This document shows, in pieces, positions 1 to 10,559 of a stretch of DNA of 64,000 nucleotides. Made by a program: the position numbers and the translations under genes. Origin of the DNA: Squalus acanthias. Taxonomy: Eukaryota. How positions within the stretch are numbered: position 1 is the stretch's first letter; every line of letters starts with the position of its first letter. The notes beneath the pieces are model-generated. The model saw only the letters and a program-made list of their open reading frames with translations. It was not told the origin of the DNA and searched no databases. Location: NCBI GenBank assembly GCA_030390025.1, contig CM059425.1, forward strand, positions 137,394,001 through 137,458,000, in the 5' to 3' direction.

Positions 1-257
1 AGCCTTGCATATCTCTTAATGTCTCTTAATGTCTCTTCATCTCCTCCTTTGTTCCTTTATCCCCTCCCCCCTTTTCCCAGCTTTACCCTGGCCTTAAATC
101 TATTTGATTTCCAGCTCTTCCCAGTTCTGATGAAAGGTCATCGACCTGAAACGTCAACTCTCTTTCTCTCTCTACGGATGCTGCCTGGCCTGCTGAGTTT
201 TTCCAGCGTTTTCTGTTGTTATTTCGGATTTCCAGCATCTGCAGTATTTTGCTATCG
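1..257 (+). mobile_element. 3' end (pseudo-LTR) of a Penelope-like element, family A, cut by the window edge
   Basis: Near-identical to 6699-6955 and 10120-10340, and contains the same hammerhead motif. Confidence 0.9.
123..159 (+). ncRNA. Minimal type-I hammerhead ribozyme (PLE family A), GUC cleavage triplet
   Basis: AGTT-CTGATGA-A-AGGTC-atc-GACCT-GAAA-C-GTC-AACT. Core boxes are intact, stem I is AGTT/AACT, stem II is AGGTC/GACCT, and stem III is the palindrome ACGT. Confidence 0.85.
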
Positions 258-310
258 TGATTCTTTTCATGTTGTTCTGGTCCCTTTGTGCATGTGCTCC
301 TGTTGGTACT

Positions 311-436
311 GCGCATGCTCACTCGATTCGGTTGCGCATGCTCACTCGATTCGGTCGCGCATGCGCACTTGATCTGGTCGTGCATGTGCACTTGATCCAG
401 TCACGCATGCGCACTTAATTCGGTTGCGCATGCGCA
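311..436. repeat. About 23-bp tandem repeat built on GCGCATGC(GC)
   Basis: 5-6 imperfect units of gcgcatgc(t/g)cact(c/t)gat(t/c)cggt. Confidence 0.75.
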
Positions 437-495
437 GAAACAAATGGTGCGGTGGCCTGCACCTGCATGGTTTCCTTGGCTCCATGAGGAGAAGG

Positions 496-865
496 TCAGG
501 GGATCAGATGGGGGGGTGAGCAGAGGGGAATCGAAGAGGGGGAGAGAGGAGAGGGGATCGAAGGGGGGCGAGGAGAAGGGATCGAAGGGGGCGAGAAGAG
601 GGGATCAAAGGGGGGAGGGAGGAGAGGGGATCGAAGGGGGTGAGGGAGGAGAGGGGATCGAAGGGGGGAGCAGAACAGATCGAGGGGCAAGGGAGGAGAG
701 GGGATCGAAGGGGAGAGAGGAGAGGTAATCGAAGGGGGGAGGAGAGCAGATTGAAGGGAGAGGAGAGGTGATTGAAGGTGGAGGAGAGGGGATCGAAGGG
801 GAGGGGAGAGGAGCTTGGAGAGGGAGGAGCTCGGAGAGAGAGGAGCTCGGAGAGGGGAGAGAATA
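496..865. repeat. Purine-rich low-complexity repeat (GGAGAGGGGATCGAAGGGG-like units)
   Basis: Almost purely G/A with a recurring GATCGAAGGGGG motif. It continues at 1535-1735 after the CR1 insertion. Confidence 0.8.
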
Positions 866-1533
866 GAGAAAAGACATACTTGCTCTCGAGTCAGTACAAA
901 GAAGGTTCACTCGGTTAATCCCGGGGATGAGGGGATGGACATATGAGGAGAGGTTGGGTAGATTGGGACTCTACTCATTGGAGTTCAGAAGAATGAGAGG
1001 CAATCTTATTGAAACATATAAGATTGTGAAGGGGTTGGATCGGGTGGATGCGGGGAGGATGTTCCCGATGATGGGTGAAACTAGAACTAGGGGGCATAGT
1101 CTTAGAATAAGGGGCTGCTCTTTCAAAACTGAGATGAGAAGGAACTACTTCACTCAGAGGGTGGTAGGTCCATGCAATATGCTGTCCCAAAAAGCTGTAG
1201 AAGCTACATCATTACATAAATTTAAAACAGAAATAGACAGTTTCCTAGAAGTAAAGGGAATTAAAGGTTACGGGGAGCAGGCAGGAATTTGGACATGAGT
1301 CTAGGTTCGGATCGGTCATGGCCCTGTGGGTAGCGTAGCGGGCCCAGGGGCCGTGTAGCCTGATCCTGCTCCTATTTCGTGTGTCCAATTCTGTTAGGTT
1401 CAGGAGATGGTTCTGTGATAGTAGATTGGCGGTTAGGATCAGATCAGCCATGATCTTATTGAATGGCGGAGCAGGCTCGAGGGTCCAATTGGCCTACTCC
1501 TGTTCCTATTTCTTATGTTCTTATGTTCTTATG
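866..1533 (+). mobile_element. 5'-truncated CR1 LINE (ORF2 C-terminus, 3' UTR, (TTCTTATG)n tail)
   Basis: ORF 927-1298 reads YEERLGRLGLYSLEFRRMRGNLIETYKI...FTQRVV, typical of the CR1 ORF2 end. Octamer tail at 1510-1533. Confidence 0.9.
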
Positions 1534-1534
1534 T

Positions 1535-1735
1535 AGCTCGGAGAGAGAGGAGAGAGGAGAGAGAGGAACTTGGAGAGAGAGGAGCTTGGAGAGAGAGGAG
1601 CTTGGAGAGAGAGGAACTTGGAGAGAGAGGAGCTTGGAGAGGGAGGAGCTCGGAGAGAGAGGAGGGGGAGAGAGGAGCTCGGAGAGGGTGGAGCTCGGTA
1701 AGGGAGGAGCTTGGAGAGGGGAGAGAGAAGCTCGG
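1535..1735. repeat. GA-rich tandem repeat (GGAGAGAGAGGAGCTT)n
   Basis: About 16-17-bp purine-rich units. Confidence 0.8.
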
Positions 1736-1743
1736 TCCGCCAA

Positions 1744-1913
1744 CAATGTTCCCGCTAAGCTATGCAGCTGTGCAGCCGTGCAGCTGTATGGAGGCCTACG
1801 CAGGCTGCTTACCAGCTTTTGAATAGGAGATTTTACACACGCGTGACATTTTGAATTGGCAGCGCAGACCGTTAAAGGGAACGCGCACCCCCAAAAAATT
1901 AGGGGGAGCATTG
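1744..1913 (+). mobile_element. Short MITE with CAATGTTCCC TIRs (hAT-like)
   Basis: Left end CAATGTTCCCGCTAA, right end TTAGGGGGAGCATTG. Flanks TCCGCCAA/TGCACCAA resemble a decayed 8-bp TSD. A related copy lies at 12850-13005. Confidence 0.65.
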
Positions 1914-2164
1914 TGCACCAACACCTTGATTTTAAAACTTTCATCCTCATGTTAAAATCTCTCCATGGCCTCACCCCTTCCAACTGAAGTCTGCAGTGAG
2001 TGCTGTGAGTGCTCCTAATCCAAAAGCTGTGTCTGTTCTCTGAAAGTAGCAGTGTTAGCACTGTGAGCTCTGGAGCCTGGCTGTCACAATGAATGGATCA
2101 AATTACACATTGCAAAGATATTAATTACTTTCCAGTAGGCAGGATCAAAATACACATTCCAGAC

Positions 2165-3925
2165 AATCAAGCGGGCTGCTTTATCCTGGATGGTGTCAAG
2201 CTTCTTGAATGTTGTTGGAGCTGCACTCATCCAGGCAAGTGAAAAGTATTCCATCACACCCTTGACTTGTGCCTTGTAGATGGTGGAAAGGCTTTGGGAA
2301 GTCAGGAGGTGAGTCACTCACTGCAGAATACCCAGCCTCTGACCTGCTCTTGTAGTTATAGTATTTATGTGGCTGGTCCAGTTAAGTTTCTGGTCAATGT
2401 GACCCCCCCCAGGATGTTGATGGTGGGGGATTCAGCGATGGTAATCCCATTGAATGTCAAGGGGACCTGGCTAAACTCTCTCTTGTTGGAGACAGTCATT
2501 GCCTGGCACTTGTGTGGTGCAAATTTTACTTGCCACTTTTCAGCCCAAGCCTGAATGTTGTCCAGGGCTTGCTGCATGTGAGCATGGACTGCTTCATTTT
2601 CTGAGGAATTGTGAATGGAACTGAATACTGTGCAATCACCAGCAAACATCCCCACTTCTGATCTTATAATGGAGGGAAGGTCATTGATGAAGCAGCTGAA
2701 GATGGTTGGGCCGAGGACACTGCCCTGAGGAAATCCTGCAGCGATGTCCCGGGGCTGAGGTGATAGGCTTCCAAACACCACAACCATCTTCCTTTGTGCT
2801 AGGTATGACTCCAGCCAGTGGAGCGTTTTCCCCTGATTCCCATTGACTTCAGTTTTACTAGGGCTCCTTGATGTCACACTCGGTCAAATGCTGCCTTGAT
2901 GTCAAGGGCAGTCATTCTCACCTCACCTCTGGAATTCAGCTCTTTTGTCCATGTTTGGACCAAGGGTGAAATGAGGTCTGCAGCTGAGTGGTCCTGGCAG
3001 AACCCAAACTGAGCATTGGTGAGCAGGTTATTGATGAGTAAGTGCCGCTTGATAGCACTGTCGACGACACCTTCCATCACTTTGCTGATGATTGAGAGTA
3101 GACTGATGGGGCGGTAATTGGCCGGGTTGGATTTTTCTTGCTTTTTGTGGACAGGACATACCTGGGCAGTTTTCCACATTGTCGGATAGATGCCAGTGTT
3201 GTAGCTGTACTGGAACAGCTTGGCTAGAGGTGCAGCTAGTTCTGGAGAACAAGTCTTCAGCACGACAGCCGGGATGTTGACGGGGCCCACAGCCTTTGCT
3301 GTATCCAGTGCGCTCAGCTGTTTTTTGATATCACGTGGAGTGAATCGAATTGGCTGATGACTGGCTTCTGTGATGGTGGGGACCTCAGGAGGAGGCCGAG
3401 AAAGGTTATCCACTCAGCACTTCTGGCTGAAGATGGTTGCAAACGCTTCAGACGTTGTCTGAAAGGTATGATTCTGTGAGTATGACTATGTCAGGCTGTC
3501 GCTTGACTATTCCGTGGGACAGCTCTCCCAATTTTGGCACAAGTCCACAGATGTTAGTGAGGAGGACTTTGCAGGGTCGACTGGGCTGGGTCTGCCTTTG
3601 TCGTGTCCGGTGCCTAGGTCAATGCCGTGTAGTCCATTCGGTTTTATTCTTACACAAAAGCAAAATACTGCGGATGCTGGAAATCTGAAATAAAAACAGA
3701 AAATGCTGTAAATACTGAGCAGATTATCTGTGGGGAGAGAAACAGAGTTAACGTTTCAGGTTGATGACCTATCGTCAGAAAAAAATTCTGTTTCTGACCT
3801 GCTGAGTATTTCCAGCATTTTCGGTTTTATTCTTAGTATACTTCTTTGTAGACGTTTGGTACAACTGAGTGGCTTACTAGGGCATTTCAGAGGGCAGTTA
3901 AGAGTCAACCACATTGCTGTGGTTC
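2165..3925 (-). mobile_element. CR1-superclade LINE fragment (shark HER1-like), frameshifted RT
   Basis: ORFs 2874-3413, 2365-2877 and 2084-2317 carry NYRPISLLS, QFGF, ALDIKAAFDRV, QGSVLGP and FA(D>G)DC motifs. Confidence 0.85.
3653..3819 (-). mobile_element. Mini PLE pLTR-derived insert with partial inversion and a hammerhead core
   Basis: 16-bp TSD TTCGGTTTTATTCTTA at 3637-3652 and 3820-3835. The minus strand reads CTGACGA-t-AGGTcatcaACCT-GAAACGTTAACT at about 3746-3778. Confidence 0.75.
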
Positions 3926-3949
3926 TGGAGCAGTTAAACCTGTGATGGA

Positions 3950-5092
3950 TAAGGTACAGGTTATATACATTATGACTCGAAGTCAAAGTGGTGGTGGGGG
4001 AATGAAATACTCGGGTTCTGTGGATAAATGGAGAAGGTAGAGCAAATACAAGGCTTTAAAAAAGAGGCATCTAATAAACATAGGATGAATAATACACCAT
4101 GAATTGTAAATGCAAAAAATATAGCAGGGAAACCAAATGGGAGATGAAGAAGGAATACAAAAGGTGACTGGCAGTCAACATAAAGGGAAATAGCAAAGGC
4201 TTTTATAACCACATAATTTAACAGGATATTCAAAGAAGAGTGGGACCACTTAAAGTTGAAGCAGGCAATCTTGAGGGAATGACAGAGATGACAGAGTATT
4301 TTGCCCCAGTTTTAGAGGAAGGCAGAACGTGGGACTGTGGGATTACGTGAGGAGGATGTGGAAGAGTTACTACTGGAGATAAATATTCAAAAAGATAAAA
4401 GGATTAAAAGTAGACAACTAACCAAACCTAGATAGTACGCAATACTGAGGGAGGTTAGGGAGGAGATAGTAAAGGAACTAAAAATAATTTTATAAAAGTC
4501 TTTGGAAGCAGGAATTGTGCCAGAGAGCTGGTGAAGGACAAATATGACACCTCTATTGAAGAAAGGGAAAGGATAAACCAGGAACATGTAGGCAAGTAAG
4601 ATTTACCTCCCTTGTGGGTAAACTTCTATCTAGAGTCTGTTACATGCGTTAAAATTAGTGAACATGTGGAAAGACACAGCCTAATAAGGGATCGTCACAG
4701 AGGATTTGTGAAAAGGAGATTGTGTTTGATAAATTAAATTGAATTTTTTTGAGGAAATTAAATTAAGAAAATATAGCAGACTTTCAGATGGCATTTGATA
4801 AGGTGCCACATACAAAGTTTGTTAAAAAAAAATAAGACACATGAAGAATATGCAACTATGTGGAGTAGGTGAGGAACGGGGAGTAAAGAATAAGAGTAAA
4901 TGAAGGTTTTTCAGAGTGATGGGATCTGGGTACTGATGTGTTCCAGGAATCTATCCTGGAGCCTCTTTTGCCACTTGTATAAACAATTTGGAGTTGGGCA
5001 CAAGAGGTTTGTTGATGATACTAAGGTAAGGGTCTTGGCAAACTATGAAGAAGAATACTGTAGATTCTAGGAGCACATAAACAGATTAGTGG
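3950..5092 (+). mobile_element. Old degenerate CR1 LINE, left part (target of the PLE insertion)
   Basis: Decayed CR1 ORF2 motifs (gactttcagatggcatttgataaggtgccacat, resembling DF-KAFDKVPH; gatgatactaag, DDTK). It resumes at 10354. Confidence 0.7.
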
Positions 5093-5189
5093 GATAGCAA
5101 AATACTGCGGATGCTGGAAATCCGAAATAACAACAGAAAACGCTGGAAAAACTCAGCAGGCCAGGCAGCATCCGTGGAGAGAGAAAGAG

Positions 5190-5226
5190 AGTTAACGTTT
5201 CAGGTCGATGACCTTTCATCAGAACT
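5190..5226 (-). ncRNA. Minimal hammerhead ribozyme (family A) in the inverted arm
   Basis: Reverse complement is AGTTCTGATGAAAGGTCATCGACCTGAAACGTTAACT. Confidence 0.85.
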
Positions 5227-5503
5227 GGGAAGAGCCGGAAATCAAATAGATTTAAGGCCAGGGTAAAGCTGGGAAAAGGGGGAGGGGATAAAGGAACAAA
5301 GGTGGAGATGAAGAGACATTAAGAGACATTAAGAGATATGCAAGGCTAGAGGTGGTGTTAATGTGACAGATTAAGGCTGAATGAAGTGTGAAATCCACTG
5401 GCAGAATGAAGGACAGCTGCCAGCTTCTAGGAGGAAAAAAAAGGTGGGGGGGGACAAATAAAAGGGTGGATAAAATAAAATATAAATGTGATTGGAGCTG
5501 AGG

Positions 5504-6372
5504 TTATGATCTAAAATTGTTGAACTCGATATTGAGTCCAGAGGGCTGTAGCGTGCCTAAACGAAAGATGAGGTGCTGTTCCTCGAGCTTACGCTGAGCT
5601 TCCGTGGAACAGTGTAATAGGCCGAGGACGGTGAGGTCAGAGTGGGAGTGAAGCGGTGAATTAAAGTGACAGGCCACCGGGAGCTCGGGGTCCCCCTTAC
5701 GGACTGAACGGAGGTGTTCCGCAAAGCGGTCACCCAATCTGCGTTTGGTCTCCCCAATGTAGAGGAGTCCACATCGTGAGCAGCGAATACAGTATACTAA
5801 ATTGCAGGAAGTACAAGTAAATCGCTGTTTCACCTGGAAGGGGTGTTTGGGGCCCTGGACAGTGGGAAGAGGGGAGGTATAAGGGCATGTGTTGCATCTC
5901 CTGCGCGTGCACGGGAAGGTGCCGGGCGAAGGGGAAGGGGTGCTGGGGGTGGTAGAGGAGTGGACTAGGGTGTCGCGGAGGGAGCGGTCCCTACGGAATG
6001 CTGAAAGGGGAGGTGAGGGGAAGATGTGTTTGGTGGTGGGATCACGCTGGAGGTGGCGGAAATGGCGGAGGATGATCCGTTGAATGTGGAGGCTGGTGGG
6101 GTGAAAGGTGAGGACAAGGGGAACCCTATCGTGGTTCCGGGAGGGAGGGGCAGGGGTGAGGGCAGATGTGCGGGAGATAGAACGGACACGGTCGAGGGCC
6201 GTGTCGACCACGGTAGAGGGGAATCCTCGGTTGAGGAAAAAGGAAGACATGTCGGAAGCACTGGTATGGAAGGTGGCATCATCAGAGCAGATGCGGCGGA
6301 GACGGAGAAACTGGGAGAATGGAATAGAGTCCTTACAGGAGGCGGGGTGGGAGGAAGTGTAGTCCAGGTAGC
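5504..6372 (-). pseudogene. Inverted duplicate of the PLE ORF C-terminus (thumb, Cys linker, GIY-YIG)
   Basis: ORF 5504-6250 is almost identical to the C-terminus of 8959-9963. I see one amino-acid difference (RHFRH vs CHFRH). Confidence 0.9.
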
Positions 6373-6819
6373 CAGGTCACTTTAATTCACCGCTTCACTC
6401 CCACTCTGACCTCACCGTCCTCGGCCTATTACACTGTTCCACGGAAGCTCAGCGTAAGCTCGAGGAACAGCACCTCATCTTTCGTTTAGGCACGCTACAG
6501 CCCTCTGGACTCAATATCGAGTTCAACAATTTTAGATCATAACCTCAGCTCCAATCACATTTATATTTTATTTTATCCACCCTTTTATTTGTCCCCCCCC
6601 ACCTTTTTTTTCCTCCTAGAAGCTGGCAGCTGTCCTTCATTCTGCCAGTGGATTTCACACTTCATTCAGCCTTAATCTGTCACATTAACACCACCTCTAG
6701 CCTTGCATATCTCTTAATGTCTCTTAATGTCTCTTCATCTCCACCTTTGTTCCTTTATCCCCTCCCCCTTTTCCCAGCTTTACCCTGGCCTTAAATCTAT
6801 TTGATTTCCGGCTCTTCCC

Positions 6820-6856
6820 AGTTCTGATGAAAGGTCATCGACCTGAAACGTTAACT
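6820..6856 (+). ncRNA. Minimal hammerhead ribozyme (family A) in the 5' pLTR
   Basis: AGTT CTGATGA A AGGTC atc GACCT GAAAC GTT AACT. Predicted cleavage after 6852. Confidence 0.85.
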
Positions 6857-8594
6857 CTCTTTCTCTCTCCACGGATGCTGCCTGGCCTGCTGAGTTTTTC
6901 CAGCGTTTTCTGTTGTTATTTCGGATTTCCAGCATCCGCAGTATTTTGCTATCGTATTAGTGTTTGGTTCACTGCCACCTCTCTTCTTGGAATGCCTACC
7001 TTGAAGAAGTTCTGCTCTTCTCTTCGACGGGATTTCCGTTTGGCTCTTCAACCTTGTTCATCTTCATTGATTTCAGTTTCCCTTCTCGTGTTTGATCAGG
7101 TATCTGCCAAGACTCGGTTTCACAGCCACATTACTTTCCTCAGCAACTGTCTCCGGTTCCGACTTATCCCACGTGGATTCCAACTAAACTTCCACCCTTC
7201 GTGTTTCGGATCCACCCAGGATTACAAATATCTCCAAGATATTCATCGTTCCTCGAACTACTGCTCTCGCCGCATCTTGAGATCCACGCTCAACGCCATG
7301 CGGCGCCACATGAACACTCTCGACATCTCTCTTCAGCAGCACCGACGCACTCTATCTCAAAGCTGTCCGGGTCCACAGTTCCATTTCATCCTTAGACTCA
7401 TCCGACGCTTCAACAAAAAACTTTTCTTCTTCCTTTCCGATGTCAAGGATCGCAAGCTTCAACAACTCTTGGACACTAAAGCCCCTCCGGAACCTTCTTC
7501 CCCTTCACTTTCCTCTGACCCCCCTTCTCCCAATCTCACCCCCTGCCGCGTTTTCACTATCCCCTCTGACCTTCCCCTCTCTGACTCCGAACGATCAGTC
7601 CTCAGCAAAGGCCTGAGCTTCATCCCCTTACGCCCCCATCTCAATGAATTTCGAGCTCGGCACGATGCTGAGCTCTTTTTCCGCCGCCTCCGTCTCCGTG
7701 CCCACTTCTCTGGCCAGGAGTCTTCCCCCCGCACGGCTGACCCTTTCTCCCGCTTTCAGAATTCTCGTTCCACCTGGACCCCTCCCTCTGGCCTCTTACC
7801 CTCTCTTGATCTTTTCATTGCTAACTGCCGCCGTGACATCGGCCAGCTCAATTTCTCTGCTCCCCTCACTCACTCCAACCTACCTCCCTCTGAACTTGCA
7901 GCACTCCATTCTCTCCGATCCAACCCTGACATTGTCATTAAACCTGCTGACAAGGGTGGCGCTGTTGTTGTTTGGCGAACCGACCTCTACCTAGCGGAAG
8001 TTGAACGCCAACTCTCTGACACCTCCTCCTACCTCCACCTGGACCATGACCCCACTACCGAACATCAAGCCACCGTGTCCAAGACTGTCACTGACCTCAT
8101 CTCCTCTGGAGATCTTCCCCCCACGGCCGCCAACCTCATAGTTCCCCAACCCCGCACAGCCCGCTTCTACCTCCTTCCCAAGATCCACAAACAGGACTGC
8201 CCCGGTAGACCCATCGTTTCAGCCTGTTCTTGCCCCACGGAACTTATCTCTTCCTATCTCGACTCTATTTTTTCTCCCCTTGTCCAGTCTCTTCCCACCT
8301 ACATCCGCGACTCTTCCGATGCCCTCCGCCATTTTAACAGTTTCCAGTTTCCCGGCCCCAACCGTCTCCTCTTCACTATGGACGTACAATCCCTCTACAC
8401 CTCCATTCCCCACCAGGATGGCCTGAGGGCGCTCCGCTTCTTCCTTGAACAAAGGCCCAACCAGTCCCCATCCACCACCACCCTCCTCCGCCTGGCTGAA
8501 CTTGTTCTCACATTGAACAACTTCTCCTTTGACTCTACCCATTTCCTCCAAATTAAAGGTGTTGCTATGGGTACCCGCATGGGTCCTAGCTATG

Positions 8595-8802
8595 TCTTGA
8601 TGTCTCTTAATGTCTCTTCTCTCCCCCTTTGTTCTTTTATCCCCTCCCCTTTTCCCAGCTTTACTCTGGCCTTAAATCTATTTGATTTCCGGCTCTTCAC
8701 AGTTCTGACGAAAGGTCATCGACCTGAAACGTTAACTCTCTTTCTCTCTCCACGGATGCTGCCTGGCCTGCTGAGTTTTTCCAGCGTTTTCTGTTGTTAT
8801 TT
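8595..8802 (+). mobile_element. Solo pLTR/hammerhead fragment of family A inserted in the RT gene of the same family
   Basis: 15-bp TSD TGGGTCCTAGCTATG at 8580-8594 and 8803-8817. The insert matches the pLTR with several substitutions. Confidence 0.92.
8701..8737 (+). ncRNA. Minimal hammerhead ribozyme (family A, CUGACGA core)
   Basis: AGTT CTGACGA A AGGTC atc GACCT GAAAC GTT AACT. It differs from the 6820 copy only at the variable N7 position. Confidence 0.85.
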
Positions 8803-10240
8803 TGGGTCCTAGCTATGCCTGCCTTTTCGTGGGATATGTGGAACACTCTTTGTTCCAGTCCTACTCGGGTCCCCTCCCTCACCTCTTTTTCCGGTACATT
8901 GATGACTGTATCGGTGCCGTCTCCTGCTCTCGCCCTGAACTAGAACATTTCATTCACTATGCTTCCAATTTCCACCCTTCCCTCACCTTCACATGGTCCA
9001 TCTCCGCCTTCCCTTCCCTTCCTCGACTTCTCCATCTCCATCTCTGGGGATAGGTTATTGACTAACATTCACTACAAGCCCACCGACTCCCACAGCTACC
9101 TGGACTACACTTCCTCCCACCCCGCCTCCTGTAAGGACTCTATTCCATTCTCCCAGTTTCTCCGTCTCCGCCGCATCTGCTCTGATGATGCCACCTTCCA
9201 TACCAGTGCTTCCGACATGTCTTCCTTTTTCCTCAACCGAGGATTCCCCTCTACCGTGGTCGACACGGCCCTCGACCGTGTCCGTTCTATCTCCCGCACA
9301 TCTGCCCTCACCCCTGCCCCTCCCTCCCGGAACCACGATAGGGTTCCCCTTGTCCTCACCTTTCACCCCACCAGCCTCCACATTCAACGGATCATCCTCT
9401 GCCATTTCCGCCACCTCCAGCGTGATCCCACCACCAAACACATCTTCCCCTCACCTCCCCTTTCAGCATTCCGTAGGGACCGCTCCCTCCGCGACACCCT
9501 AGTCCACTCCTCTACCACCCCCAGCACCCCTTCCCCTTCGCCCGGCACCTTCCCGTGCACGCGCAGGAGATGCAACACATGCCCTTATACCTCCCCTCTT
9601 CCCACTGTCCAGGGCCCCAAACACCCCTTCCAGGTGAAACAGCGATTTACTTGTACTTCCTGCAATTTAGTATACTGTATTCGCTGCTCACGATGTGGAC
9701 TCCTCTACATTGGGGAGACCAAACGCAGATTGGGTGACCGCTTTGCGGAACACCTCCGTTCAGTCCGTAAGGGGGACCCCGAGCTCCCGGTGGCCTGTCA
9801 CTTTAATTCACCGCTTCACTCCCACTCTGACCTCACCGTCCTCGGCCTATTACACTGTTCCACGGAAGCTCAGCGTAAGCTCGAGGAACAGCACCTCATC
9901 TTTCGTTTAGGCACGCTACAGCCCTCTGGACTCAATATCGAGTTCAACAATTTTAGATCATAACCTCAGCTCCAATCACATTTATATTTTATTTTATCCA
10001 CCCTTTTATTTGTCCCCCCCCACCTTTTTTTTCCTCCTAGAAGCTGGCAGCTGTCCTTCATTCTGCCAGTGGATTTCACACTTCATTCAGCCTTAATCTG
10101 TCACATTAACACCACCTCTAGCCTTGCATATCTCTTAATGTCTCTTAATGTCTCTTCATCTCCACCTTTGTTCCTTTATCCCCTCCCCCTTTTCCCAGCT
10201 TTACCCTGGCCTTAAATCTATTTGATTTCCGGCTCTTCCC

Positions 10241-10277
10241 AGTTCTGATGAAAGGTCATCGACCTGAAACGTTAACT
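10241..10277 (+). ncRNA. Minimal hammerhead ribozyme (family A) in the 3' pLTR
   Basis: Identical to 6820-6856. Confidence 0.85.
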
Positions 10278-10353
10278 CTCTTTCTCTCTCCACGGATGCT
10301 GCCTGGCCTGCTGAGTTTTTCCAGCGTTTTCTGTTGTTATAACAGATTAGTGG

Positions 10354-10555
10354 ACTTGGAAAGATATTTGGAAAATGAATTTCAATGCAGAAAATGTGAA
10401 ACAGTACATTTTGGGAAAAAGAAAAATGAGAGGAAGTGTACCCTAAATGATCAGATCCTTAGCAGAGTGAAGGAACAAACAGAAGTGGGGGTTGAAAATG
10501 CAGAGATCTTTAAAGGTGGAAAAGGCAAATGGGATTCTGGGTTTTATACCTCGGG
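10354..10555 (+). mobile_element. Old CR1 LINE, continuation right of the PLE
   Basis: Decayed W-MEFNAEKCETVHFGKKN segment and KANGILGFI. Confidence 0.7.
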
Positions 10556-10559
10556 ACTG

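Larger units (their letters stand above)
6992..9963 (+). pseudogene. PLE reverse transcriptase / GIY-YIG endonuclease ORF, disrupted by an insertion (8595-8802) and a frameshift near 9010
   Basis: Motifs KPADKGG, YLLPKIHK, RPIVS, MDVQSLYTSIP, GVAMGTRMGPSYA, RYIDD, CTRRRCNTC linker and NLVYCIRC..YIGET..RFAEH. The frame is open upstream to ATG 6827. Confidence 0.92.
5093..10340 (+). mobile_element. Near full-length Penelope-like retroelement (Neptune-type), family A, with inverted 5' arm and pLTRs
   Basis: 13-bp TSD AACAGATTAGTGG at 5080-5092 and 10341-10353. Inverted 3' copy at 5093-6372, direct pLTR at 6376-6955, RT/GIY-YIG ORF, and 3' pLTR ending at 10340. Confidence 0.95.

Noticed and set aside
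444..910. G/E/R-rich and P/S-rich ORFs
   Set aside because: Translations of purine-rich low-complexity sequence.
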